The notes beneath the pieces were generated by a model. The model was not told where the DNA came from and ran no database searches. It worked only from the letters and a program-made list of their open reading frames with translations. 64,000 nt of DNA from the IMG/VR virus record IMGVR_UViG_3300047462_000154, positions 108,316 to 172,315 of that record; one strand, given 5' to 3'. Position numbers and translations under genes: made by a program. The DNA comes from a virus. Each line of letters opens with the position of its first letter. Within the stretch, counting starts at the first letter, position 1. Positions 1-10,599 of this stretch are shown piece by piece.

Positions 1-1693
1 ATAAATCATCGCGAATATCTTGACTTCGTTTTTCTAAATTTAACACTCTACGAAATGAATTTTTAATAATTTGTGTATAAAAAGCAAAAGGATTATCAGA
101 TTTTGATTCATCAAATTGTAAAGCAACTTGAGATAATTGTAATAAAGCATTTCCACGCATTTCATCGTTATACGTATTGAAAGTAAGGAATACTGTCCCA
201 TTTCTTCTTACCATTAAAGTGTTATTTTCTGTTTCTGGACACCAAACAATATCAGAATAATCAACCGTTGGTTCATTTGGATGATTATGCTTTCCGCGCC
301 CTTTTATTTTGCCATTATTTTTTCCACCATGAAAATCAATATTTTCAACACGTGAATGATTTGCACGTTTTGAAAAGAAATTAACATTGTAAATATGGCT
401 TTCTAATTTATTTGTTTCTGTAATAATATCTCTCTTTTTATAAGCAACACGATGACCACATAAAGTGCAAAGAAATACAAATGCATCAACATGTGCTTTG
501 TCTTTTTGACAATATCCAATATTTAAACCATTTCCAATTTTTGTTCTCCAACCATCACCATCAATCATGGCATTCATTAACAATTCTCTTTGTTCATTTG
601 TTAATGATAAAATAAAATCATATTTTAAAACTTTGTTTTTTTCTTTTGAGTTTTCAATTACTTCTAATAATTTATTTCTCATATTTTTTGAAAGTCTAAA
701 ACAAACATTTATATTTTTTCTATTTTTTCTATAACTTTCTGTAAATTTTTCATTTAAATTATTCAAACAATTTCTAATTCTATCTGCATATATTCCTTCA
801 TTTTGATAGAGTGATGTGGAAGGATTTTGTCTTGAATTATCAAAACAACCTTTAGTAACCATCCATCCCAATAATTCAACAAATGCATCATCATATGTTT
901 TTTCTTTTGGTCCATCAACCGCAGAACCCACCATAATAACTTTATCTGTTTCTAAAAGATAATCTACTTCTTTTGGTCCATCCTGAGTAATAAATCTATG
1001 ACCAGGAGTTACTAATGCATCCATACCACGAACAGTTAAGTGAAACATTTTTCCTTCATAATGGTTGCGATATATTGATTTTATTTTTGACCATTTTAGT
1101 TTTTTTGTTTCTAACTCATATGATAAAATAATATCATCAGTGGTTATCTCATCATATTTTAACCAACCACGTTGGGTCAATGCTTCAGAAAATTTGTCAA
1201 AGCAATAATTTCTCCAGTTACCACGTTTAGCATATCGTTCTACTAACAACATAATCATCAATGCTAATCTTTTAGAAATCATGCCTTGGTCACCACAAAA
1301 CTCACCATTAGAAATACTACCAATCCAATGTGAACGACCAACTTCTCGATATACACCATTTTCAAAAATATAATGTTGAAATGGTGGAAAAACTGTTCTT
1401 ATTGCATCAGTTGTTCCTAAACCACGTTTTCTTGTTTTCCCATCAGGGTCATTTGGAATATGCGAATCTGTCATTAAACGATATACCAAATCTTCTTTTT
1501 TTAATTTAACTTCAGCTTTAGCATTTATTTTTGTTAATACAGCATCTTTCATTTCTTCTGTTATATTTTTTAAATCTGTTACAATAATATGAAATTTACT
1601 ATATTCGTCTTTTTCAAAAAAACTATATGAAACTTTACTTTTGTGAATTTCAGATAATAATTCTTTGTTAGTTATATACTTAATTTTTTCCAA
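1..1693 (-). CDS. gp55: T4 gp55-like late-transcription sigma factor, intein-containing, 3'-partial (runs off window)
   Basis: Manual translation from TTG at 1693 (AAAGGA upstream): MEKIKYITNKELLSEIHKSK...RYAKRGNWRNY|intein|TYNDEMRGNALLQLSQVALQFDESKSDNPFAFYTQIIKNSFRRVLNLEKRSQDIRDDL. Matches the gp55 pattern Y(T/S)Y.DEM...FD..KS.NPFAY.TQI. Absent from the ORF track because the stop lies outside the window. Confidence 0.88.
   Translation of the reverse strand, partial: MEKIKYITNKELLSEIHKSKVSYSFFEKDEYSKFHIIVTDLKNITEEMKDAVLTKINAKAEVKLKKEDLVYRLMTDSHIPNDPDGKTRKRGLGTTDAIRTVFPPFQHYIFENGVYREVGRSHWIGSISNGEFCGDQGMISKRLALMIMLLVERYAKRGNWRNYCFDKFSEALTQRGWLKYDEITTDDIILSYELETKKLKWSKIKSIYRNHYEGKMFHLTVRGMDALVTPGHRFITQDGPKEVDYLLETDKVIMVGSAVDGPKEKTYDDAFVELLGWMVTKGCFDNSRQNPSTSLYQNEGIYADRIRNCLNNLNEKFTESYRKNRKNINVCFRLSKNMRNKLLEVIENSKEKNKVLKYDFILSLTNEQRELLMNAMIDGDGWRTKIGNGLNIGYCQKDKAHVDAFVFLCTLCGHRVAYKKRDIITETNKLESHIYNVNFFSKRANHSRVENIDFHGGKNNGKIKGRGKHNHPNEPTVDYSDIVWCPETENNTLMVRRNGTVFLTFNTYNDEMRGNALLQLSQVALQFDESKSDNPFAFYTQIIKNSFRRVLNLEKRSQDIRDDL
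176..1204 (-). mobile_element. Intein (343 aa) with LAGLIDADG endonuclease in gp55
   Basis: Starts CFDKFSEALTQRGW, block B VTPGHRF, LAGLIDADG-like blocks LLGWMVTKG and LMNAMIDGDGW, block F VWCPET, ends VFLTFN followed by +1 Thr; 1029 nt in frame. Confidence 0.9.
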
Positions 1694-1809
1694 ATTAATT
1701 CAATTCCTTTAATTTTGCATACACTATTTCGTTGCAATAACATTATAATTAAAACTATATTTAATTTGCAATATAAATATCATTATAATTCAAAGAGTTT
1801 TTAAATAAA

Positions 1810-2829
1810 ATGAGTATATTTGGACCAAGCACATTTCCTGTTACAATAAATGGTGTTACTGGAACTGGTGGTAATGTTAATGGAGCATTGGGTTTTGTTG
1901 GACCTAATGCAGAATATGAAGCATTACAAGCTGCTGGTAATGCACCAAATAGCAGTGGCGTTTCAACATCTTCAACAAATATTAATTCAACATTTCCTTC
2001 AGCACAAAATTTATTATCAAGTGTTAGTGGTGGTTCATTAATTGCGAGCACATCTAAAGCATCAAGAGATATGCGAGTTGTTATTGCTCCTGCTGGTGGT
2101 GCAACCGCTTCTGCAATATCTAATGCAGCAGCAGCAGCCGCAACACCAGCAAATACAAGCATTTTTTCAGCCTCGCAATTATCACAATATCAAGGCAATG
2201 CCACAGCAACTAACACATCATCTGCTTCAAATAATTCTGGTGTGCCAAGTGGTACTGGATATTATAGTGGAATATTAGCACCATTGATTGTTACGAATGG
2301 TGTATTGTTTCCATATTCACCAAATATTTCTTTTAGTCAGGATGTTGATTATAGTTTAGTTGGTGGTGGATTGGTTCATACAAACCAAGATTATAATGCA
2401 TATCAAAGAACACCGAGTGTTAAATTAACAATTGAAGGTAATTTTACAATCCAAAATCAATATGAAGGATTGTATATGTTAGCAGTCATACATTTTTTCA
2501 GAACAGTATCTAAAATGTATTTTGGACAAGCAGCCGCAAATTCAGGAACAGCAGGATTGCCGCCACCTATTTTAATTTTGAATGGATACGGAACATATAT
2601 GTTTAATAATCTGCCATGTATATTAACTGGTCATTCTTGGAATTATTCACCAGAAGTTGATACAATTGATATTGCTGATTCATCTGGTGGAATAACAAAA
2701 TTACCATCATTGTTGGATTTATCAATAAGTTTAACAGTGCAACAAACACCTTATAATATGTCAACTGCATTTGATTTAAATCAATTTAGAAGTGGCGCAT
2801 TAATGAAAACAGGAGGCGGTTGGATTTAA
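1810..2829 (+). CDS. Baseplate/tail-tube junction protein (gp48/gp54-like)
   Basis: GVLFPYSPNI, HFFRTVSKMYFG and GLPPPILILNGYG motifs typical of jumbo-phage baseplate proteins; first gene of the baseplate cluster, TAAATA upstream. Confidence 0.6.
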   Translation: MSIFGPSTFPVTINGVTGTGGNVNGALGFVGPNAEYEALQAAGNAPNSSGVSTSSTNINSTFPSAQNLLSSVSGGSLIASTSKASRDMRVVIAPAGGATASAISNAAAAAATPANTSIFSASQLSQYQGNATATNTSSASNNSGVPSGTGYYSGILAPLIVTNGVLFPYSPNISFSQDVDYSLVGGGLVHTNQDYNAYQRTPSVKLTIEGNFTIQNQYEGLYMLAVIHFFRTVSKMYFGQAAANSGTAGLPPPILILNGYGTYMFNNLPCILTGHSWNYSPEVDTIDIADSSGGITKLPSLLDLSISLTVQQTPYNMSTAFDLNQFRSGALMKTGGGWI

Positions 2830-3132
2830 ATGTCAAGAATTTCTTATCCTGCATCATCACCATATTCAAATACTTTACAGACAAGTTCGTATTTACAAAA
2901 TTGGGTTTACAAACCAATTCCACCAGATAGTGGTGATAGTTTTTATACTTTGTTACCAAGACATAATTATAGACCAGATACTTTGAGTTTTGATTTGTAT
3001 GGAACACCTGTTTATTATTGGATTTTTTGTATTCGTAATCCGTTTTTAAGAAAAGACCCTATTTGGAATTTCGTTACAGGTTTAACAATAATTGTGCCCT
3101 CGGCAAGTTATGTTAAAAGAGTGGTTGGATGA
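2830..3132 (+). CDS. Baseplate wedge subunit (gp53-like)
   Basis: YRPDTLSFDLYGTPVYYWIF motif. Confidence 0.75.
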   Translation: MSRISYPASSPYSNTLQTSSYLQNWVYKPIPPDSGDSFYTLLPRHNYRPDTLSFDLYGTPVYYWIFCIRNPFLRKDPIWNFVTGLTIIVPSASYVKRVVG

Positions 3133-6083
3133 GCACAGGTGTACCAAAAGGATATGTTGGAAAATTAGTTCCGAATGACAATACAAATAACGGCAATATA
3201 GTATCTACTGGTGGTTCGACTGGACAATCTCAACAACAAGCAGCAAATCAAGCTGTTCAAACAACATTAGCCAATGGCGGAACACAAACACAAGCAACCG
3301 CTGATGCAGTTTTAAATAATCCACCAAGTTCTGCTCCTGGTGGAACAACATCTCCATTACCATCACCAAATACAACGCCACCAGAAGCAGCTTCAAGCGA
3401 TTCTGGCGGGTCACCTACTGGTTCTAATGGTTCTTATCAATTTGTTTCACAAGCGGCTGCTACAGCCATTACAGAAGCTATTTTGAATGGTTCTGGAACA
3501 CCTAACATTTTAAATTTATATCAAAATGTTACTTATCATTTTCGATTTTTTACATTGAATGATATAAATTTATATGAAACTGTTAAAACACCACCAACAT
3601 CTGCTGAATTTTTTAATGCGATTATTCCAGACCCAAATCAACCAATTGGTGTTGCATCATCTAATAATGGAAAAATATCTACAGTTATTGTGGCTGAATC
3701 TGGTGCAACAATTTACAATATTAAAAATGTAGAATTTATATCAATGATTGGTCCAAATATTGATACCAGAAATGTCAACATTGGAACATTTACAATGACA
3801 ATCGTTGAACCATTAGGGGGTAGTTTTTTAACTGCATTGAAAGCTGCATCTGATGCTGTTGCGAATAGTAATTTTAAAAATTGTTTTTATTATCTTGAAT
3901 TGACATTTAAAGCCTATGATACATCTGGTAATCAAGTAACCAATATATTTCCATCATCATTTCCAAATTCAACAACAGCATTCCCTTTAACTTTACAACA
4001 AGGTGATAGATGGATTTGGGAAGTGCAAATTACTGATATTGATATTTCAATTGATGCTGGTGGTGGAACATATGTGTTAACGTTGATTTTGAGTGATAGT
4101 ATGGCATTGGATGATGAAATTCATGCTGTTCCAGAAACAATTAGTGCAACAGGAAATACGTTAGGAGAATATTTTACTTATCTTGGTGCGGCATTAACAG
4201 CCAGTTGGGCAACACGATATGGTAATCAAGATGTATCATATGGCGACACAAAAAATGATATTCCTGCATTTAAATTTTTTCCAATTCAATTAAATGGAAC
4301 ATCTTCATATGATAATATTGCAAATGGTGCAGACCCGGCAACATTTCAAATCATTGACCCAAGTTATCCAAATGTTCAACCACAACAAACAAAAGATACT
4401 GAATTAGAAAATGGTTATATTAGAGGATATATTCAGCCAGGAGTAACAATTGAAAAAATAATTGAATCTGCTATTGGTGCAACAAAACAAGGGCAAACTC
4501 TTGGTATTGGGGGCAAAAATCCATATACAGGAGAATCAAATTCTGGTTCTACACAACCATCAGAAAGTATCATATTTAGAACAATTCCTACCGTTATTAT
4601 TACAGGATATAATATAATCTCAGGTAGATATATTATTACTGTAACGTTTAATATTATTCCATATTATACACAATATCCAATATTGTCTCCTATACAAACC
4701 CAAAACCAAACGTCCCAACAAGCATTAACAAATTTAATCAAAAGAGGATTGTTACAGAAAAAATACGAATACATTTATACTGGATTAAATACTGAAATTT
4801 TGAATTTGAATATACAATTAAATGCTAAATGGAATGCTGTATTACCAACCAACTATGGTTTATTAAGCAACGCTGCTTCTGTTGCCCCTGGTAAAAGTAT
4901 TGGCGCAAATAGTCCAAAAAACGCAACAAATCAACAAACTGCTGCAACAGCAAAATTAAGCCAATCGGCTATTTTGTATTCACAAGCAACACAAATTCAA
5001 ACAGTTCTTTTACCACAATTAAATTCTTTAATGCAAGAAGCTACATCAGCTTTAGGACAAAATTCATTATCTAATTCAAGTGATGCAACTACTTCAAATA
5101 ATTCAAATAATGCTCAAACTGTTAATAATTTGTTACCACAAATAACAAATTATAATCAAACAGCGGCATCATATAATTTAAAAAATCCAACTAATCAAGT
5201 TCAACTTCTCGCTACACCAAAACTAAATTCTTCATTGGAAAGTGTATCCGCCAATATTAGTTCCGTAGCAAATTCTACAGGAAATGTTGGGGTAGCAACA
5301 ACAAATGCGTTTAATAAATCAAATAATACATCAATACCAGAAGTTTCAGTTCCAGCAAATTCGGTTTCATTTGCAGAAAATTTAGTAATATCACAAGGAG
5401 GAACATATGGCACATTCATGTTTCCAGTTACATTTAGCCAAAGTTATCGAGACGTAACCGAACAAACAGGAATAAATTTTGTAAATGATCTTGATAATGA
5501 TAGAACATTATTAGGCGCAGTATTAAATCAAATGTATGATTATTCAGCAAATCCTTTAATGTCAATAGATTTAACTATCAAATTGGACCCTTATTTTTTG
5601 GGCGAAACAAATTTATCCAAATGTGTTTATTTAAGGGGTAAAGGAACACCACCACCAGCAGAATCATATCAACCATCACAATTATTTGGAGAAATGAATT
5701 TTGTATTGGCATTCAATATTCCATATCAAGTATCATCAAATCAAAGCAATATATACCAACCACAATTAGAAAAAGATGAAGCATATACTGGTGTTTATAT
5801 TATTACTCAAATAAAAAATACATTTGAAGACGGACAAATGACCCAAACATTAACAGGTAAAAGACAACCATTAATCAGCCTATTAAACGCACAAGGATTA
5901 TCTACATCTTCAACTCTACCAGATGGTTCGCAAGGCGATACTGGTGCAAGTTCATCACCACAACAACAATCTACGCCATTACCACCACCAGAAGCGCCAC
6001 CACCACCACCAACAGTGGCACCACCAGTTGATAATACTTCTGCAACAATTAATCCAGATATTGGTGATGACCCTGCCGGATAA
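3129..6083 (+). CDS. Baseplate hub protein (gp27-like), low-complexity termini
   Basis: 984 aa directly upstream of gp5; DLTIKLDPYFL and YTGVYIITQIKNTFEDGQMTQTL C-terminal hub motifs. Confidence 0.55.
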   Translation: MSTGVPKGYVGKLVPNDNTNNGNIVSTGGSTGQSQQQAANQAVQTTLANGGTQTQATADAVLNNPPSSAPGGTTSPLPSPNTTPPEAASSDSGGSPTGSNGSYQFVSQAAATAITEAILNGSGTPNILNLYQNVTYHFRFFTLNDINLYETVKTPPTSAEFFNAIIPDPNQPIGVASSNNGKISTVIVAESGATIYNIKNVEFISMIGPNIDTRNVNIGTFTMTIVEPLGGSFLTALKAASDAVANSNFKNCFYYLELTFKAYDTSGNQVTNIFPSSFPNSTTAFPLTLQQGDRWIWEVQITDIDISIDAGGGTYVLTLILSDSMALDDEIHAVPETISATGNTLGEYFTYLGAALTASWATRYGNQDVSYGDTKNDIPAFKFFPIQLNGTSSYDNIANGADPATFQIIDPSYPNVQPQQTKDTELENGYIRGYIQPGVTIEKIIESAIGATKQGQTLGIGGKNPYTGESNSGSTQPSESIIFRTIPTVIITGYNIISGRYIITVTFNIIPYYTQYPILSPIQTQNQTSQQALTNLIKRGLLQKKYEYIYTGLNTEILNLNIQLNAKWNAVLPTNYGLLSNAASVAPGKSIGANSPKNATNQQTAATAKLSQSAILYSQATQIQTVLLPQLNSLMQEATSALGQNSLSNSSDATTSNNSNNAQTVNNLLPQITNYNQTAASYNLKNPTNQVQLLATPKLNSSLESVSANISSVANSTGNVGVATTNAFNKSNNTSIPEVSVPANSVSFAENLVISQGGTYGTFMFPVTFSQSYRDVTEQTGINFVNDLDNDRTLLGAVLNQMYDYSANPLMSIDLTIKLDPYFLGETNLSKCVYLRGKGTPPPAESYQPSQLFGEMNFVLAFNIPYQVSSNQSNIYQPQLEKDEAYTGVYIITQIKNTFEDGQMTQTLTGKRQPLISLLNAQGLSTSSTLPDGSQGDTGASSSPQQQSTPLPPPEAPPPPPTVAPPVDNTSATINPDIGDDPAG

Positions 6084-6146
6084 TATTTATATTGTGTTTT
6101 AATATAAATTTTTGATAAAATAATAAAAATAAAAAGATTAAAAATT

Positions 6147-7151
6147 ATGAAATTAAATAAGGAACGAGAAAAAAATATATCTTATGAAATTTTAATTACT
6201 TTTTTGGATTATAGTCCAGAAACGGGGGAGTTTGTTTGGAAAAAAAGATTACAAGATAAATCTGGTTTCAATAAAAAATATGCTGGAAAAAAAGCTGGTA
6301 GTATTTCAGATTATGGATATTTAACAATACGTTTATTTAAATCAACGTGGTTTGCTCATAGACTTGCTTGGGTTTTTGCGTATAAAAAATTTCCTGAAAA
6401 TACAATTGACCATATCAACAATATCAGATTGGACAATAGAATTTCTAATTTAAGAGATGTTTCAGTGTTAGAAAATAATAACAATGCAAAATTACCATCA
6501 TCTGGACACAAATGGATTTACGAAGATACATATGGTTATGAAATTAGATATAAAACAAAAAATGTTGGATGGTCTAAAACTTTAGAAGAAGCTAAAAATA
6601 TTCTTGAAAATTATTTAAAAAATATTCCAAAACAAGATATAGAAGAACTTGAAAAAGTTAGAAAAATAAAAAATGAAAAAAGACAAGAAAAAATCTCACG
6701 AGAAAATTTATTAGAAAGATATTTTTATGAAAAAGAAACGGGGAAATGGTATTTTAAAAAAAATGGCAAATTGCTCAAAGGCAACATAACAACTGCTGGT
6801 TATAATGTTATTCACATAGATGAAAAACCATATTTTTCTCACATTTTAGCTTGGTATTATATGACTGGAGAATGGTCAAATCCACCAGGATTTGTAATTG
6901 ACCATATAAATTGTAACAGAGCAGATAATAGATTTGAAAATTTAAGAAAAATTTCTCATTCTGAAAATTCTTTTAATACAAAATCTAAAAATGAATTTAC
7001 TGGAGTTTTCTATAAAAACAATAATTGGGCTTTTCAAATTAGTATAAACAAAAAAAGAATTAGAAAACAAGGTTTCAAAACAAAAGAAGAAGCAAGAGAT
7101 ACAAGAAATGCTTTAATTTTAGAAAATGGATGGATTAACAATGGTTGCTAA
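6147..7151 (+). CDS. Free-standing homing endonuclease with two HNH domains and AP2-like domains
   Basis: AHRLAW...IDHINNIRLDNRISNLR and SHILAW...IDHINCNRADNRFENLR; AP2-like C-terminus GFKTKEEA. Confidence 0.9.
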   Translation: MKLNKEREKNISYEILITFLDYSPETGEFVWKKRLQDKSGFNKKYAGKKAGSISDYGYLTIRLFKSTWFAHRLAWVFAYKKFPENTIDHINNIRLDNRISNLRDVSVLENNNNAKLPSSGHKWIYEDTYGYEIRYKTKNVGWSKTLEEAKNILENYLKNIPKQDIEELEKVRKIKNEKRQEKISRENLLERYFYEKETGKWYFKKNGKLLKGNITTAGYNVIHIDEKPYFSHILAWYYMTGEWSNPPGFVIDHINCNRADNRFENLRKISHSENSFNTKSKNEFTGVFYKNNNWAFQISINKKRIRKQGFKTKEEARDTRNALILENGWINNGC

Positions 7152-9276
7152 TAGTAGAGTGCCAAGAGGATATAATACCACTTCTGATTCAATGAAAATT
7201 AGAAATAATTCGATTTATTTGGGTTTCATTAAAGAAAATTCTGATGCACAACGCATGGGGCGCTTAAAAGTTTGGATTCCAGAATTAGGTTCTTCATCTG
7301 CTGATGACCCAAATGGGTGGATTATTGTTTCATATGCAAGCATGTTTGCTGGTGCAACAAATCCAGCAGATGTTAATGGTTCATCACAAACAATGTCTGG
7401 TTCACAACAATCTTATGGTTGGTGGGGAATTCCGCCAGATATTAATAACCAAGTATTGGTTTGTTTTGTTAATGGTGAAATATCAAGAGGATATTGGTTT
7501 GCATGTGTTTATCAACAAAACATGAACCATATGATTCCTGGAATTGCTTGTAATATTCCTACAACACAAACTGCTGGCAATACATATCTTCCACCTGTTG
7601 TTGAATATAATAAAATAAATCAAACAGACCCAGATAATCCGAGAAGACCGCCATTCACGCCATTGGCAAATGGACTGGTTACAGAGGGGCTACAGGCTGA
7701 CCCTGAACGCGGACCATCATCTACGTCAGCAAGAAGGGAAGCCCCTTCAGCGGTCTTTGGATACCTTACACCACGTGGCAATACAATTCATGTTGATGAT
7801 AATCCAGAAAATGAATTTATTAGATTAAGAACAAGAAGTGGGACACAAATTTTAATCGATGAAACCACTGGTATGGTTTATATAAATTCTAAATTAGGTA
7901 ATGCTTGGTTAGAAGTTTCTGATGCTGGTGTAGATGTATATTCAGCAAATTCTGTATCTATTCGTGCACAACAAGATTTTAATGTAAGAGCCGATAGAAA
8001 TATTATTTTTGATGCTGGTGGAAGTATTTTATTAAAAGCTGCACAAGATGTTAATATCCAATCAGCGAATGATATTGTTCTTGGTTCTGGAAATCAATTG
8101 GTATTATCATCTGTGAACAATACAAGTTTAACGGTTGGTTCTGATTTTAATTTAAGTGTAAGTGGGGATTTTGCAACACAAACAGGTGGTAATTTAACAG
8201 AAAGTGTTGGTGCTGATATTGTAAGAAATGCAATTAATATTTTAGATAATTCTGGTAATGCACCAAATGTAAATCCAAATGTTGCGGTTGTGCCTCAACC
8301 AAAGAATTTACCAGATATTCAATCAGGAGCATTATCAACTTTAGAAAGCATTGTTAGTAGAATGCCTACACACGAACCAGCGTCTTCAGTGCATCCAGCA
8401 TTTGGTGTGCCATTAACATCTGGTGAAGCAGATTTTCCACCAAATCAAGGACAAGGTTCGGCTGGTGGTGCAACAGGAACAGTAACTAAAACTGTTGCAA
8501 CCGGAACTGGCAATCAAAATATCAAAACAAATTTGGCAGCGGGATGCCAAAGCGGAGTATCAACTGTACCTGTTCCAACAGAATCTTGGAATGCTATTAA
8601 AGCAGGCAGTGCAGCATCGGGTGCAGATTTTGGAACCATGGCTGCTATTGCACAAGTAGAATCTGGTTTTCAACCTAATGCATATAATCCTTCAAGTGCC
8701 ACTGGAATGTTTCAATTTGAAGGAAGAACATGGACCGAAATGGTAACTAAGTATGGAAGTCAATATAATTTATCAGAAGGTAATATTACAGACCCAGTAG
8801 CAAACGCCACTGCTGGTGGTTTATATGCAAATCAAAATGCACAAACTTTGTCTAATAATGGTGTTGCAAATTCTTCATCTGCTGGGAATCTGTACCTTAG
8901 TCATTTACTCGGTCCTGGCGGCGCAACAACAGTTATTGATGCTGTTGCGACAAATCCAAATGCACCTATTTCAAGTTTACCATCTGGAACATACAATAAT
9001 ATTCAAAACAACCCGTCTTGGCTCAACGGTAACCAATCGGGAGTTAATTTAGGCAGTGACCCAACCGTTGGTGATTATTATAATAACTTAACAGGGCATA
9101 TGAATGCATTAGCATCTGCTTATGATTCCCAAGCTGGATTGCCAGCACCATGCGATAGACAAAACTCAACATCAACAAGTGGAACAACTGGCGCATCTAC
9201 AAATTCAACCACTTCTGCTACTGGTGCATCATCTACTGGTGCAGCAATTGGAGTTTTAGGAAGCGGAGACCAATGA
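7141..9276 (+). CDS. Baseplate central spike gp5-like protein with C-terminal lytic transglycosylase (SLT) domain
   Basis: OB-fold DAQRMGRLKVWIPEL, SYGWWGIPPDINNQVLVCF, beta-helix repeats, AIAQVESGFQPNA...ATGMFQF SLT motif; probable start ATG 7141 (track gives 7126). Confidence 0.85.
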   Translation: MVANSRVPRGYNTTSDSMKIRNNSIYLGFIKENSDAQRMGRLKVWIPELGSSSADDPNGWIIVSYASMFAGATNPADVNGSSQTMSGSQQSYGWWGIPPDINNQVLVCFVNGEISRGYWFACVYQQNMNHMIPGIACNIPTTQTAGNTYLPPVVEYNKINQTDPDNPRRPPFTPLANGLVTEGLQADPERGPSSTSARREAPSAVFGYLTPRGNTIHVDDNPENEFIRLRTRSGTQILIDETTGMVYINSKLGNAWLEVSDAGVDVYSANSVSIRAQQDFNVRADRNIIFDAGGSILLKAAQDVNIQSANDIVLGSGNQLVLSSVNNTSLTVGSDFNLSVSGDFATQTGGNLTESVGADIVRNAINILDNSGNAPNVNPNVAVVPQPKNLPDIQSGALSTLESIVSRMPTHEPASSVHPAFGVPLTSGEADFPPNQGQGSAGGATGTVTKTVATGTGNQNIKTNLAAGCQSGVSTVPVPTESWNAIKAGSAASGADFGTMAAIAQVESGFQPNAYNPSSATGMFQFEGRTWTEMVTKYGSQYNLSEGNITDPVANATAGGLYANQNAQTLSNNGVANSSSAGNLYLSHLLGPGGATTVIDAVATNPNAPISSLPSGTYNNIQNNPSWLNGNQSGVNLGSDPTVGDYYNNLTGHMNALASAYDSQAGLPAPCDRQNSTSTSGTTGASTNSTTSATGASSTGAAIGVLGSGDQ

Positions 9277-9287
9277 ATATGAATTTA

Positions 9288-10577
9288 TTAATCATCGCTT
9301 GACGCTAATTCTTCGGCTTTTGGAATTACGTTTTTGACCATATTTTGAATTTTTTTAGTATATTTATTTCCAGTAGAATCATATGCAACCAATGTTCTTG
9401 CTAACAATATTGGATTTAATTCATCACCATGTTTTCTCATATAATATCTTGCTTGTCTAAATTTTTTATAAGCAGGATTTGTATTTAAATTATGCATATA
9501 AGCTTGAACAGATTGATTTATATTTGCATAAGATGCAAAATCATTTGAATCTCTTGAAGCTTTTTGACCAAATAAAGAATGATTATTTACAGCAAATTTA
9601 GAACTGCCCCATCCGCTTTCTAATGCGGCTTGTGATAATGTTAAAACTGTTGGAATTACATCAACTCTTGATAATAATTCCTTGATATCATTTGACCCAT
9701 ATTTTTTGGATATTAATTGAAATTTTGCTGTTTGATGATTATCTAGATTTGACTTATTTTCAATATGGATAAGAAAATTTCTATCTGATAAAATACTATC
9801 ATTTTCTTTATCGATTAGGGGTTTTATTTTAAGAATGAATGCTTTTTTGATTTGTTCTGGAGTTTGTTGCACTGTATTCGATTGATTTGGTTTTTCGCTT
9901 TGCATCATGGTATCTAATGTATTGATTGATGGTGCATCGCCTTCATCGGAAGTATGGGCAACAGCGTGATGTAAAACTGGTGCTGGTGGATTGGCGAATT
10001 TGTATAATGAATTACCACCCATACCTAAACCTAATGCGAGTGCTGCTGAACCTAATGTTTTACCAAATGATGCTTCTTCCAAAGTTATTTGTAAATCATT
10101 ATAATTTTTCCATAATACTAAAACATCACCACCATTTGGATAATTTGTAAGCATACCATCAAAATTTAACACATGTTGAAAATATGTAGAAATTCTTGAA
10201 ATTAATTTTTTTCTATCTACATTAATAATTGAATAGCCATCTGTAGCCCACCATAAAAAATTATATTTTCCTTCAACGTTTGGAATCACAATTGAAGGAA
10301 ATATGGAAAATATATTTTTTAAATCTGTGTCATTTAATTTATAATTTTTTGGTGCTATTTTTAACCAATTTGGAATAACAACTTTATATAAATTTGGTCC
10401 ATATTTTTTTGCATATTCTTTATTTTTATAAAAATATATTCCTTTTCCTAATAGAGAAAATGAATCTTCATCAACGTTAAAATATTGAAATACAGCGTTG
10501 CTTCCATGATAAAATATTGAAGATTTTTTTATTTCTTCTAAAAATAATTCATCATCAAAAAACTCTTCAATTAACAT
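9288..10577 (-). CDS. ADP-ribosyltransferase-like N-domain fused through a hydrophobic helix to a Bax/FlgJ-type glucosaminidase
   Basis: YHGS...LGKGIYF...AKKYG (ART-like); QAALESGWGSSKFA..NHSLFG and YMHNLNTNPAY (GH73/Bax). Confidence 0.7.
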   Translation of the reverse strand: MLIEEFFDDELFLEEIKKSSIFYHGSNAVFQYFNVDEDSFSLLGKGIYFYKNKEYAKKYGPNLYKVVIPNWLKIAPKNYKLNDTDLKNIFSIFPSIVIPNVEGKYNFLWWATDGYSIINVDRKKLISRISTYFQHVLNFDGMLTNYPNGGDVLVLWKNYNDLQITLEEASFGKTLGSAALALGLGMGGNSLYKFANPPAPVLHHAVAHTSDEGDAPSINTLDTMMQSEKPNQSNTVQQTPEQIKKAFILKIKPLIDKENDSILSDRNFLIHIENKSNLDNHQTAKFQLISKKYGSNDIKELLSRVDVIPTVLTLSQAALESGWGSSKFAVNNHSLFGQKASRDSNDFASYANINQSVQAYMHNLNTNPAYKKFRQARYYMRKHGDELNPILLARTLVAYDSTGNKYTKKIQNMVKNVIPKAEELASSDD

Positions 10578-10599
10578 ATTAAACCCTTTATTTTATTTA

